Source of the DNA: Selaginella moellendorffii
Taxonomy: Eukaryota; Plantae; Lycopodiophyta
Direction of reading: 5' to 3'
Assembly (NCBI RefSeq): GCF_000143415.4
Contig: NW_003314274.1
Span: 438,806-502,805, forward strand
DNA: 64,000 bases
The notes beneath the pieces were generated by a model that saw nothing but the letters and a program-made list of their open reading frames with translations, was not told where the DNA came from and did not search any database. This document shows, in pieces, positions 36,028-48,432 of the stretch. Made by a program: the position numbers and the translations under genes. How positions within the stretch are numbered: position 1 is the stretch's first letter; each line of letters begins with the position of its first letter.

Positions 36028-38955
36028 TGTGAGACATAAATCTCTAATCCCCAAAATGGAGCTGAAATAGTGCTATATAGTAGTGGTTGAAATGGAAGTC
36101 CAATAAGTGTATCATGTTTGAACCAAAATCTTCAACTTGGAAAGTCGATAGCGGGAGTGAAACCCCGAACAAAGTGCTCAAAAAATGAGCATAAAACAGT
36201 CGGTGAATGAGTTTCTAAGAAAGGGACACAAGAAGGACTGATATATGGTAAATGTTGTGACACATAGAAATATTAGAAATGAGTCCAAGAAGGAGTCTGA
36301 GATGGAGTCCAAGATGGAGTCTAAGATGGACTTGAAATGGAGCTCGAGATGGAGTCGGAGATGGAGTCTAAGATGGAGTCCAAGATGGACCTGAAATGGA
36401 GCCCGAAATGGAGTTTAAGATGGAATCTGAGATAGAGTCTAAGATGGAGCCTAAGATAGACCCGAGATGGAGTCCAAGATGGACCCGAGATGGAGTCTAA
36501 GATGGAGTTCAAGATGGACCTGATATAGAGTTCGAAATCAAGTCTAAGATGGAGATCGAGACTAAGTCTGAAGTTGAGGTCGAGACTGAGACCGAGATCG
36601 AGTTTGAGTCCAAGACCAAGTTCAAGCCCAAGTCCAAGTCTGAGTCCTAGTTTGAGGGTGAAAGCCCAAAGCAATTTTCTCCCAAACCCTAGTGAGCTCT
36701 AAAGGTCACTAGGGTAAATAGTATAGGGAGGATTCCAATGGAACTAGTTTGGCCAAGAAAAGTTAGTGTGACCAAGGAAAGTTATACCTATAGTAGATGA
36801 TAATATAACCACTAAGGAGTCCAAAGTTAAAGTGAATACAAACAAAAAAGTGGGGTAACTTGGTGAAGTGTTCAAAAGCCACCTTTAGCTCCCCTAGAAA
36901 ATTGAATAGTTGATGCTTTAAATCCAAGTGTGGGTGGTCCTCTTCCATAGTAATCAAGGGCATAGTCACATAGTGAGGAAGTACTAAAGGTCAATGGGAC
37001 TTAGTGGTTAAGCCTTTGGGCTCTAACCTAGTGGTAGTGTTGATGAGCATTGCCATGGACAAAGTGTGAGTTGATGAGGACGAATGGAGGAATATTAGGG
37101 AAGGGTGTTCCCTATGTCTTTAGGCATCCTAAAGGTACTAAGGTGTGGCTAGGGGATGACTACTCGTGGACAGATGTGTAAGCAACTAATTTTTCCATTC
37201 TACTTTAGTCATTTAACCACACCTTTGATAACTTGGAAGAGTTTCACTCACAACTTTTATTAGTTCTATTGACTTAGGACATGTTAGCCCTAGGAATGGC
37301 ATTTATGCCACGTAGTCTTTGCACTTAGTCCAAGTGCTCGACATGTCCCATGATTGACACCCAAAAGTACCACTGACATATCAATTTGTTGTGCTAAGGC
37401 TATATATATTCACCCTTGTCATATCAGTAATCCAAAACCACTTACATCATAGCCCCATCTCTTAAGGACTAGGCTATCTGCCCATGAGTGGTCATTCCTT
37501 GACCACCCTTTAGCACCCTTAAAATGCCTAGAGATATAGGGAACACCCTTCTTCAATGTCCCTTCTTTCGTCCTCACCAAGTCCCTCTTCATCCACGGCT
37601 GTACTTGCCAATATTGCCACTAGGTCAAGGCCTAAAGGCTTAACCATTAAGTCCCACTAACCTATGGGACTTCCTCACTATGTGACTGTATCCTTAGTCA
37701 CTACATAAAAGGATTATTCCTTTTCCTTTCCATAATTTGGGACTTTGGGACGACATTTTAAAGCACCATAGCCCTATGCGAGCCTTGTGGGTATTCTCCT
37801 CACCTTCTGCCTTTAGGTGCTCTAGCCATGTGGCTAGAGCGAGGTTCCGATGAACCATGCCAAGTATCCAAGCAGGTACTGCCACCTACACTTTGATTGG
37901 GAGCATTGACCAATCAATCTCCTAGGGGAGCTAGAGTTAGTTCTTGAACACTTTATCAAGTTACCCCACTTGTATATCCATATTCACTCTAGCCTTGGAT
38001 TCCTCAATGGTTTTATCAACACCCACCACGTATAACTTTCCTTGGCACACTTGCCTTTCTTGGCCAAACTAGCTCCACTAACTCTTCCCCCTACTATACT
38101 TTTGGAGCTCACCAAACCCCCCAGAGTCTAGGAGATGAATGCTTTGGGCTTTCACCCTTGGATTTGAACTCAGACTCGGTCTTAGTCTTGGTCTCGGTAT
38201 TAACCTCGAACTCCATCTCGAGTTCATTTTGGATTCCATCTCAAGTTCTTTTTGGACTCCATCTCGGACTCCATCTCGGGTCCATCTCAGACTCTATCTT
38301 GGACTCCATCTCGAACTCCATCTTGGGTCCATCTCAGGTCCATTTCAAACTCTATCTTGGGTCCATCTCGGACTCCATCTCAAGTCCATCTCAGGTCCAT
38401 TTAGAACTCCATCTTGACACTTTAATATGTCATGTGTTGATCCTTTTGTATCTCTTTCCTAAAGACTCACTTATTGCTTGCTTTATGCTTGTTCCTTGAG
38501 CACTTCGTTGGGAGTTCCACTCCCACTCTCGATTATCCAACTTGGAGCTTTTAGTCCAAATGTGTTTATTTGGTTTCTGCTTCAACCACTACTATGTGGC
38601 ACCTTTTCGGCTCCACTTTGGGGCTTAAGGATTTGTGTTTTACAAGGTGGCTCAGTTTTTGGGAGACAGAATTGTGGTATGGATGGTTTTGGACTACCAA
38701 TGAGACAAAAGTGAATGGACATAGCCTTAGTGTAACAGGCTAATATGTCAATGGTACCTTTGGGTGTTTGTAATGGGATTGGACACGTAGAGTATTTAGA
38801 CCAAGTGCAAAGGCTAAGTGGCATAGATGTCATTCACAGGGCTAGCACGTCCCCAAGTTGGGAATAAACTTATAGATGTTATAAATGAAACTCCTCCAAG
38901 TGGTCGAAGGTGTGGTTAAATAACTAAAGTAAAATAAAACATTTAGTCGTTTACA
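36028..38955 (+). mobile_element. Old solo LTR interrupted by an antisense solo LTR of the same family
   Basis: TG..CA termini. Flanks GTGAT/GCAAT (TSD decayed from GCGAT). GAGATGGAGTCY repeats at 36280-36650. Confidence 0.78.
37177..38644 (-). mobile_element. Nested antisense solo LTR
   Basis: TGTAAG..TTACA termini. Flanks AGATG/AGGTG. Reverse complement aligns with 36028-37176 plus 38645-38955. Confidence 0.78.
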
Positions 38956-39591
38956 GCAATAACTTACCATATCTACTAAACACTTTTGTTATTATGCCAC
39001 TTGTGTTGTCCTATTGGCTATTTATAGAAAGTGTCTAGATTTGCTAATTAGGCATATCTACGAAATGTAGAAGTGTTGCTCCCATATTCAAATTCACATT
39101 CTAGCACTATTTCATATTTAGTAAAGAAGGGTTCCAAATGTATAGTAAGGATAGTAGGTATATTAGTTATGGCTGACCAACCCGAGGTATAGTTTAGCTC
39201 TTGCTTGTGTGTTTGTCTTTGTTTTACATTTAACTTGGGTTTAAGCCCAAGTTCAACACCATGCTAGCTAGTGGAGTCATATCCTTGTGTTAGGCCATCG
39301 GTATGCTTAAATAGCACTAAATTACGTTTGGCTCCATTTTGTGTGTTAATCCTAGTATAAGACTGTTCCAACATCGCTTCGTGCTCTTGTTTCTTTGCTC
39401 CTTGGGCTAAACACTCAAGAGTCACTTTGTGCTCTAGTTTCTTTGTTCATTTGCTACAAGCTTGGGAGTTTGGCTCTATATCTTCATTTAGTAGCCCAAA
39501 CCCTAAAACTCGGGTTCCATTCTGCTATTTTTGGACACATGGCATATGACATGTGGCACATGGAAGGTTTAGGTTCCACTTCTACTTCTTA

Positions 39592-39912
39592 AACTTCTAC
39601 TTCTTGGATCCTTTTGCATCTGAAGTAGTCACCACCGACTTCAACTTGTGATGCTTGTTCCCATCCTTGTGTCCAAGAAGTAGAAGTTCTTTGTGAAGAA
39701 TTATAGACAAGGTTGTCATCATTGCGGCGAACTTGGACACTACAAGGCTAATTGTCCGCAGTTGAAGAACAAGCAGCAGGACAAGAAGAATGGCCAATCA
39801 TCCTCACGCTGTAAAGCTTGCAACTTTTTAGTATCTGACTTACCGTGAGAAGATGAGTTTCTTCCTCCGACCGGAATGGTCGTTCTCGTCATCCTCATGC
39901 TGTAAAGCTTAA
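39592..39912. mobile_element. Scrambled gag fragments of the 18-19 kb host gypsy family
   Basis: Four blocks matching ~18520-18805 in mixed order and orientation. Confidence 0.85.
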
Positions 39913-40197
39913 CTTTTTAGTTACTGAAATTTACTGAAGAATATATTTTATGCGGTTTTGGTTTTAGAGGATTTAATCCATTCTTATTAACTGGGTATAT
40001 TACTATGCATATTATTTTTAGTTTACAAAACCTTAAGCTATTAAGCTAATAATTTAGCAAAATGTATGTGAATTCCATACATTTTTCTTTATGGGTTTAG
40101 TGCTGAATACCTTTTGATATGAGAAATACAATACTAAATTACAATTATTTTGTAATACTAAATGTGCATTTTCATAACAATTATTATACTTACAACA

Positions 40198-40429
40198 TGG
40201 TGGATCTAGAGGGAGAACCAAGGTTTGGTAGACCCTAAGAGAAGGACCATGGTGACCGGATGGTGGCCTAAGTATGATCGCGGACGATCATTCCCTGACG
40301 AGGGGGAGGATTGTTAGGCACCAGGTCAGGATAATAGGATAAAGAAAGGGCCCTGCAATCAAGTGATCACCCTTTTAGCCAGTTGGCTTAGGGTGTAAGG
40401 GATAGGATCCTAACATTGGTATCGGAGCC
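40198..40429 (+). mobile_element. TRIM-like unit: PPT + 104-bp LTR (40312-40415) + PBS
   Basis: GAGGGGGAGGAT | TGTTAGG..CCTAACA | TTGGTATCGGAGCC. Confidence 0.75.
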
Positions 40430-41999
40430 ACTTTTTAGTATGGTTATCTTATAGTAAATCACTATAACATAAAGGGTGAAAGTCACATGTGCTACAAGGA
40501 GTGCTTGGATTTAGGATTTTGGTTTAGATCTAATTTTTGTATTATCTAAATCTCACTTTCCTTGCTTTTTAAATTTCTTCTTTTTCGCTTTTTTTCTTTT
40601 TTTTTCATCTTCATGGTAGAGCTGCAACCTCCACCTCCTTTAACTATAGAGTAGCACTTATGGTGCAATTAGTCAATGTATATAATTATAATTGAACAAT
40701 TAAACTTAGTTGATAGTAGTATTTATGGTGTATGGTACAACTCTTCCTACTCTTGCTACCAATCTTCATATTGGTTTAGCCAAAGTTTTTTTATGGAAAT
40801 CCTAGGGATGATGTGTACAATTGGTTCTACCACTTTATGGTGATAATTACCTATCATTCTTAGGATGATGTTCAACTTTTGCATGAGGATATCTTCAAAC
40901 ACACATTTAGACATGTTGATAATTGTAATGATGCCTTCTAACAATTGCATCGTCTTTATCAAAAGTGATCTAAGTTAGTGATGTAATTTGGCATTCACTT
41001 TTAAAGCCTCTTGCTTTATGAAGAGCCAAATATATCAAACTGGATTAAGATAGGACTAGCACTTTATCAAGATATTGTGGGATTTATATATACATTTGCT
41101 CTAGCCATCCTTGACAATGTTTTTCAAGTAGCACAATATTATGAAACATCGCCTCTTCCACTTTTCATTGCACATTTTTTAACTCCACTTTTGTGAGAGA
41201 TGGTTTTGTTCCAATGGAGGTTGATGCTATTACTGCTTGTGTTAATAGGGTGAGAATGTGGTTGTAGGCATGATATTCACTATTGAGCATATGATGAGGT
41301 TGGCCATATGTATCAACATTGTCAATGTTTTCTGGATTGGCATCCTCCATTTCCTAGGTGGAGGCTTTGGTGTCAAAAACATTATATGGGTGGTGCTGTA
41401 GTGGAAGTTCTTGACATAGAAATTCTTCTAGAGTTGCTTGAGTAGTGGAGGGGTATATATGAATAAGTCAATAACCCCTCAATCCTTCTTTAATAAATAC
41501 CATCAAGGGTTTCACTTGGCACTAGTTCATCTAATGTTTATTTTCTAAGCTCATTTATATAACAAGAGGTTTCCTATTATTCTCTCTATATTGGGCTCAA
41601 GTTCTATTCTATTGCTTAGATTGTTACTACAAATTGCCATTTATAGTTATATCGTGTGGTAGAGCGAGTATTCATTCTTTATAGCAACAGCCAGACACAT
41701 GCATATACACGGGATAAGGTAAACTTAGCTATGTGCGTGGGAAATCTCAAGTTTGAACTTTAATCATTGTGGGTGGTTTCGAGTCAAACTTTTAACCTCA
41801 TCCTTTATATTGATTAATTGTAATGTAATCATGTTAAATATGACTTTAAGGCTTTTCTCTTTATCTTATACATTTTTATATTTCTTCCATTCCTCTCACT
41901 TTAATTCCCTTTTGTCCATGTGCTTCCATCACTTTTATCTCTCCATTACTTCCCATGGTGTTTCTATCTTGCTCTGCTATTCCTTCTCCAAATCCCTCT

Positions 42000-44600
42000 A
42001 ATGGTCTTTATGTTATAATGGTGGATTGACTAAAAAAGAAGTATGTTAATCTTTTCGACTTTGACCTGTTGTCTAGGGCCAAGATAGCAATATGTCATCA
42101 TATTCCAATTGGGGATGCTTGTCCAATCAAAATTTCTATTTAGCATTGGTCACTAAAGGGGATCAAAATTTTATCCGTGAACATCAAAGAAATGCTAAAG
42201 AAGGGTGATATCTCAAAGTCTCAAAGTCCTTGGGCATATAAACCTCATTTTGTGATGAAGCATAATGGGAGTATTTGCTTCTGCATCAACTATCATTTGT
42301 TTAACGAGATGACTATTTTATATGTATACCTTTTTCCTCACACTATTGCTCTCTTGGATTATTTAAGGAAAAGTTGCTAATTCACCAAATTAAATCTTGC
42401 TTATAGGTACTAACAAGTATTAATGGCCAAGGAAGATGTTATCAAAGTTACTTTTTGTATAACATTTAGTTTGTATGAATTCTTGGTTATGTCATTCAGT
42501 TTGAACAATGCTTTAATGATTTTCTAATAGATGATAAACAAATTTTTTTGTGATATGCCAAAGGTGATTGCTAATTTTGTTGATGATGTCTTTATCCACT
42601 CGGAGGAGATATAAAAGGAGCATATCCATGAAGTTTGTAAAGTGTTAGATCAATCGTGGGAAGTTAGTTTTAAACTGAAGTGGTCGAAATGGGACATGAC
42701 TTATCTTAGGTACCATATTTCTCATAAAGATTTACAAGTTGATTCTAAAAATCTTATGGCTATTTTAAAATTCTCTACTCCAAAGTGTGTGAATGATGTG
42801 TAACACTTTTTATACATAGTGTAATATCTCAATCATTTTGTTAATCATTTTTTTGATCATACTACACATTTATGAGCATTATTGAAGCTATTAATATCAT
42901 CTTTTATTTGGTTTATGGACTATGAATGGGCATTTATGGATCTCAAAGTGCTATTGATGACTCCTTAAATTTTGATATATACAACTAGTAAAAGTAAATT
43001 ACTCCATAGACTATTTAGCAATATTTTGGGGTTTTGAGAAGTTTTATGTGTATTTGCATGGTGATCATGCTACAGTTACTTTGTTATTGAAGTGGAAAAA
43101 CTAAATTAGTCGTATTGCTTAATAAGCTCTAAAGTTTTAAATATATGATTTGGAGGTTGTTCGTTGCCTAGGGAATTTTATGACCGATGCCCTTTCTCGA
43201 GCTCCTCTCCCTTCTTTACTCTCTTCTCCTATTTCTAACAAGCCTATTATTCTAACATCTATAGATTTTCAAGACAAGGATTCCATACCATCAATGGTTG
43301 TTATACTTGATATTTAATGTCTATAAAGTGTGGAACAAGATTTACCTTCTCTTGACAAGGTTTGTAATGCTTAAAAGGTTGAGTTGTGGATTTAAAGGAT
43401 TTGTAAGAAGTTTGAAAATTTTGCATCACTTACTGATAACTTACCATTTCCACATATATATTCTCAATATCGCCTTAAGAATGAACTTCTTTATTTTAAT
43501 AAAACTGATCCTAATGATCATTTACAAATGGTGGTGCTTTCAATATTTATTCCTTACTTTCTCCATACTTATCATAACTCTATTATTCTAGGTGGGTATA
43601 TATGATTGAGAAGTTATATAGGTTTTTCTGTTGGCCAGAAATGTTGTATAGATCTTTTTATTGACCAGAAATGTAATGTAATGTTGTCCAATACATGTGT
43701 AATTATGTTTAGTGCTAAGCTCATAATGCTCCTTTCATGCTGCAGAAGGATGGTTAAAGTCAATTGCAGTTTCCCATCCAATTGAGTTGGTGGCATTTGA
43801 TTTGATGGGTACTTTTTCATAATTAATTGCTTACAATGTATTGTTTTTAATTGTTTGACTCGCTAAGTGGAGATTGGTGCTTTTGTTAGTGCATTTTCAA
43901 CTACTATTGGATATTTCCTCCTCAATCAAATGGTATTTTAGCATTCTTATCTAGAGTGGATTTTCTTAGATAATAGTTCTGTATTTATGGCAAAGGTATT
44001 TCATGTTTCAACATGTTAGTTAAGGATATGCTATACTTTCATAAGTGCTTTTCATCCACAAGCAAATAATTTAGTGGAATGACTTGTTCGAACATTCAAA
44101 GGGATGATTGCAAAATTTATGAACTTTTAACATTCGGATTAGGATGATTATTTGTTGTTTCTTCAGCATGTATATATCATAGGGGTACAGATTTATATTG
44201 GTGCTTCATTATATAAACTCTTATATATTTATGATTTGATACTGCCAATAGAGGTGAATTTACCTTTGTGATTACCATAAGCTACCGATACTAGGTTTTA
44301 GGATCAATATTTGATAAACATTCTTCCACTTGTCCAAGCAAAATTTGCTAAACATCTAAGCCACATATAACTAAGACAAAAATAATGTTATAATTCCCAT
44401 TATTGTCCACCTATAGAGTATTAAGTGGATGAATTGATGTTCATCTGTATTCCTAGGGGCTCCTTGCTCAATAAAAGGGACCATATCAAATGTTATAACA
44501 AGTTAAATTGCAAGTTTATAAGGTTTGGCATACCATTCAACAATCTAATTTTCCAAAAATTGTACATATGTAATAAATAAAACATTTTGTACAAAGGGAT
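42000..44600 (+). pseudogene. Highly decayed gypsy pol (RT-RH-IN)
   Basis: Remnants SQSPWA..NGSICFCINY, FVDDV, DALSR, FHPQAN; many stops; AT-rich. Confidence 0.75.
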
Positions 44601-45263
44601 CATAAACAACTAGCACTATTTATAGATTCATTAATGCATCCCTTTGATGTTTTTTGTTGTATATTAATATTAGTGTAGTGGGATTTTAATACCCATTGGA
44701 TTGGTTTAAATCTGGACCATTTGCTTTTGTATATAAATTAGGGCTAATTAATATTCACATTTTTGTATTCTATATCCATATTTCATGCACTTATAAATTT
44801 AATTATATTTTGTTGTTTCTTGCTCATATTTCAAAATAATGTAATGTTATTTATAAGTAAGTTAATATATATACCATCTAATTATTTATGATTTATTTGA
44901 TATTAAATATTAAAATCAGTCAAGATTTTATAAATGGCTCTAAATTAGACATTAATTAACATGTGCTGCTCTTTAGAAGAGTTTCTTCTTTAGTGTTCAA
45001 AATGTTAATAATTATAAATTATTTTCATTGTTATCTTGCTAAAATAAATAGTATTTAATATCTTTTGTCTTAAAAGTTTTGCATTTTTTATCAAATATAC
45101 GGTTTGTAATCCTGAGCACTTACAATAGCTAATAACATAAAATTATTATATTGATAAACTCATCAAAATTAATCAGCTCCAAAATATTATTGCATGAATA
45201 ATGAGAAAAAAGTAGTTATCACTTTAAAATACTTAATTAATGTTAACATCTATTAATTTATTT

Positions 45264-46586
45264 TTATTTTTTAGTAAGAACAATCTTGCAGGCTGATGGA
45301 AAACCACCTGCTTCTATGCCTTCCCATGTCACCTGAAAGCATTGCTCTAGCTCCAAGAGTTCCAGCCTTGGGCAACACTCTGCAATCTTCACAATCCCTG
45401 CGTTGGAGATGTTTGGACAGTGATTGAGCCTCAGCTCTCTCAAAAACCCAGGATTCCGGAGGGCATCCAGCGACAAATCCGTGATCTTGGCGCAGCTCTG
45501 AGCGTCCAGCCTCTCCAGGAAGTCACAGCCGGAGAAGATCGCTACGAGCGATTCGTCGGTCACCTCGGAGCACCAGTCGAGTTGCAAGTGTTTCAGAACC
45601 TGTCCCCGTTCCTTCGCCACCACCTGGATGGAGGCGTCGGTGAGATTTCTACAGCCCCCCAGAAGCAAACTCTCGAGGCTCCAGCACTGTCGGGCGAGCG
45701 AGGCGATGGATTCGTCCGTGAGCTTCGAGCAGTCGAGGAGGTTGATGCCTTTCAAAGCCGGACAGGACGCTGCGAGGCTCGCCACTCCACTGTCTCCAAC
45801 TTTCACGCATTTGCCAAGGTCAAGTAGCTGGAGCTTGCAGCAGCCGCGGGCGAGCGCTCGCAAGCCTCGGTCTGTGACACCAATGCAGCCACTCACGTCG
45901 AGCACCTCCAGCTCTTTGCAGTTGCTTGACAGAGCTTCCATGGCCCTGTCCGAAACTAGCTTGCATCCACCAACTCGGAGGCTTATCAGTCTCGAGCAAG
46001 AATTTGCGAGCACCTCGATCGCTCTATCGGTGACTTTCCTGCAGCCGGACAAGACCACGCAACGCAATCCTGGAATTCCTTTGCCCAAAACTCCAACTCC
46101 CACATCAGTGATTCCTATCCAAGAACAAACCAACGAAGAACTGTAAGAGCAACACTCCAGAAAATAAAAAAGGAAAGCAAAGAAACCTTTGCATTCTTGT
46201 AAGTTGATGCGCTCCAAGTTGTCGAAGTTCTTGGCTATGGTCTCCAGATCCGCGTCGATGACTCCAGGAAAGAAAGATCTGGAGGTACTCTGCGCGAAGT
46301 CGAGCTCTATCAAGTTCGTGAAGCGAGCAGCGATTTTTTGTAGCATGAGTGGCCCGGCTCGTGCTGCGAGGCGCCGTCTCTCCGTGCTTTGGACCATCAG
46401 CCAGCGCTTGCAAACAAGGCTATAGTTATCCCTCTCACCCTGCGTGTCGAGCTTGGAAAGGATCGCTCGCAAGCTATCATCCGTGAGGATCGAATTGATG
46501 CAAGCGTTGTCACCAGTCTTGCACGAAACCTTTGCAGCAGCGTCTGGCTGGGTCGGCTCCAGCTCGTAGTCCCGTTCGAAAGCCAT
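45264..46586 (-). CDS. F-box/LRR-repeat (RNI-like) protein
   Basis: CINSILTDDSLRAIL..LVCKRWL F-box and cysteine-containing LRRs. In-frame 72-bp intron 46115-46186. Probable 5'UTR intron ~46589-46717. Confidence 0.9.
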   Translation of the reverse strand: MAFERDYELEPTQPDAAAKVSCKTGDNACINSILTDDSLRAILSKLDTQGERDNYSLVCKRWLMVQSTERRRLAARAGPLMLQKIAARFTNLIELDFAQSTSRSFFPGVIDADLETIAKNFDNLERINLQECKGFFAFLFYFLECCSYSSSLVCSWIGITDVGVGVLGKGIPGLRCVVLSGCRKVTDRAIEVLANSCSRLISLRVGGCKLVSDRAMEALSSNCKELEVLDVSGCIGVTDRGLRALARGCCKLQLLDLGKCVKVGDSGVASLAASCPALKGINLLDCSKLTDESIASLARQCWSLESLLLGGCRNLTDASIQVVAKERGQVLKHLQLDWCSEVTDESLVAIFSGCDFLERLDAQSCAKITDLSLDALRNPGFLRELRLNHCPNISNAGIVKIAECCPRLELLELEQCFQVTWEGIEAGGFPSACKIVLTKK

Positions 46587-46806
46587 GCCTGCAAAACAAG
46601 CAAGGCGATGAGCAGGAGGTAATTCTCGATCGAGCGAAATTTCGAGCGACACTGATGAAATTTCGCGTTTATCGTGCGCGAGATCGAGAATGCGGGCAAT
46701 GGATTGCATGAACGCACCTCGCCGCCGTGCCAAGCCGCCCCGGTCTGCGTCGCTCGTTGGAGGAGCCCTAAATTTTGGGCTTGCTTACCTAGAGCCCTAG
46801 AAAGCA

Positions 46807-47978
46807 ATGGCGGGTGTCTTGGCTCGGCGCAAGCGGCCGCTTCTCGCGATTCCTCTACAGATTTCGCGATTTCGAGCGCTGTGCGAGAATGCAGGTAGCC
46901 GAGCTGGCGTTTCGCTCATCCAAGGAGCATCCAGGGGGTTGGGGCTGGAATTCGTGTGCGATATTCTCATTTTCTTTGTGTTCCTGTCTTGGTTCTCAAT
47001 GTTCTTGAATCTTTCGCTATCGATCGTGTGATAATCTTCGTCTTTGTCCAGGTGAGGCAGTTGCTGGAGAGGAATTCCAAGGATTTCGTGGTTGCTACTT
47101 GCCGAAATCCTGTAAAGGCCGAGAATTTGGCAGCTCTCAAAGAGCAGTATCCTGATCGACTTCAAGTTCTAGGCCTGGATGTCACGGACGAAGACACGAT
47201 CAAGGTAAACTTCCTGGATTTCTTTCTTGTTCATCGTTTCCAAGTGGCTGCGTGAAACTAGGAAGCAGCTAACCAAGTATCAAAGTTTCATGGGCCATTG
47301 GAGCTACTTGTCAACACCGCGGGAATCCTTCACGTCGAAAATCTCGTCACACCGGGTACTCTTTTCTCTTTTCCATGCCCGAGTTTCTAGCTTCTGGTTT
47401 TAGAGACATCGCTGAGCAAACTGGAGAAGGATGCGCTACTTCTCACTTTCCAGATCAATGCCGCTGGTCCAGCACTTGTCATGAAGGTTTCTCCATCTTC
47501 TTCCTTCGAATTCTCGTCGTGACTTTGTGCCGTTTCGATTGAATTCCAGCATATGTCGCCGCTACTCAAATCCGGAGGAAGCCGAGAAGTTCCAGTGATC
47601 GCCAACTTGAGCGCCCGAGTTGGATCGATCGGGGACAACAAGCTGGGAGGCTGGCTGTCATATCGAGCGTCCAAAACAGCACTGAATCAGTGTAAGTTCT
47701 CGCTCCATTCCTCTAGAATTCGAGCTCACAAGCTCTCTCCAGTGACGAAAACCATATCGATCGAGCTAGCTCGGAGGAGAGATCCCGTTGCCTGCGTGCT
47801 GCTCCATCCCGGAACCGTGGACACCGATCTCTCCAAGCCATACCAGCGCAACGTCGCCAAAGAGAAGCTCTTCACGAAAGAATTCTCCGTGAGCAAGCTC
47901 CTGGCGATCATAGACCGCGTTGGGATGAAAGACACTGGCAAATTCTTCGCGTGGGATGGGCAAGAGATAGCGTGGTAG
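46807..47978 (+). CDS. Short-chain dehydrogenase/reductase, C-factor (CsgA)-like
   Basis: QGASRGLG, VNTAG, SARVGSIGDN, YRASK, LHPGTVDTDL, FFAWDG. Confidence 0.92.
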
Positions 47979-48432
47979 CCGCGGGGGAGAGATATTCAGC
48001 GTGAATCTTTTGAATCTCTCAGACAGTGCTACGTGGCAACCGCGCGTTCGCTGCCGGGACCACGCGGCAGACGCCCATTGGCAGGCGACGTGGCCACGTA
48101 AGATCAGTGTACCCTAAATTTTAGCGTTTTTACTGCAGAAGTAGCCCAGGATGGAAGTCGCTGGCGATGGCGCTAGATCGCTCGGGTTGGAGCTCGGCGG
48201 CGCTGGATTTTGCGATGGCTGCGCGGCTCGATGCTTAAGCGCGGAGTAGTCTGGTTGTTGAATCGGGTGTGCTAGCTCCAGGGATTTCAAGGAGGAAGGT
48301 GAGATTAGGTGGACGCCGCTGCGATTGTCACTGGATAGATTGTCGCTGCGAGAGGCCGGGCAGATTTAGGTCTGGTTTTAGGGAAGCGCGAGGGAATAAT
48401 CCTTCGATCGAGAGAGGGAGCCACAGGAAGGG

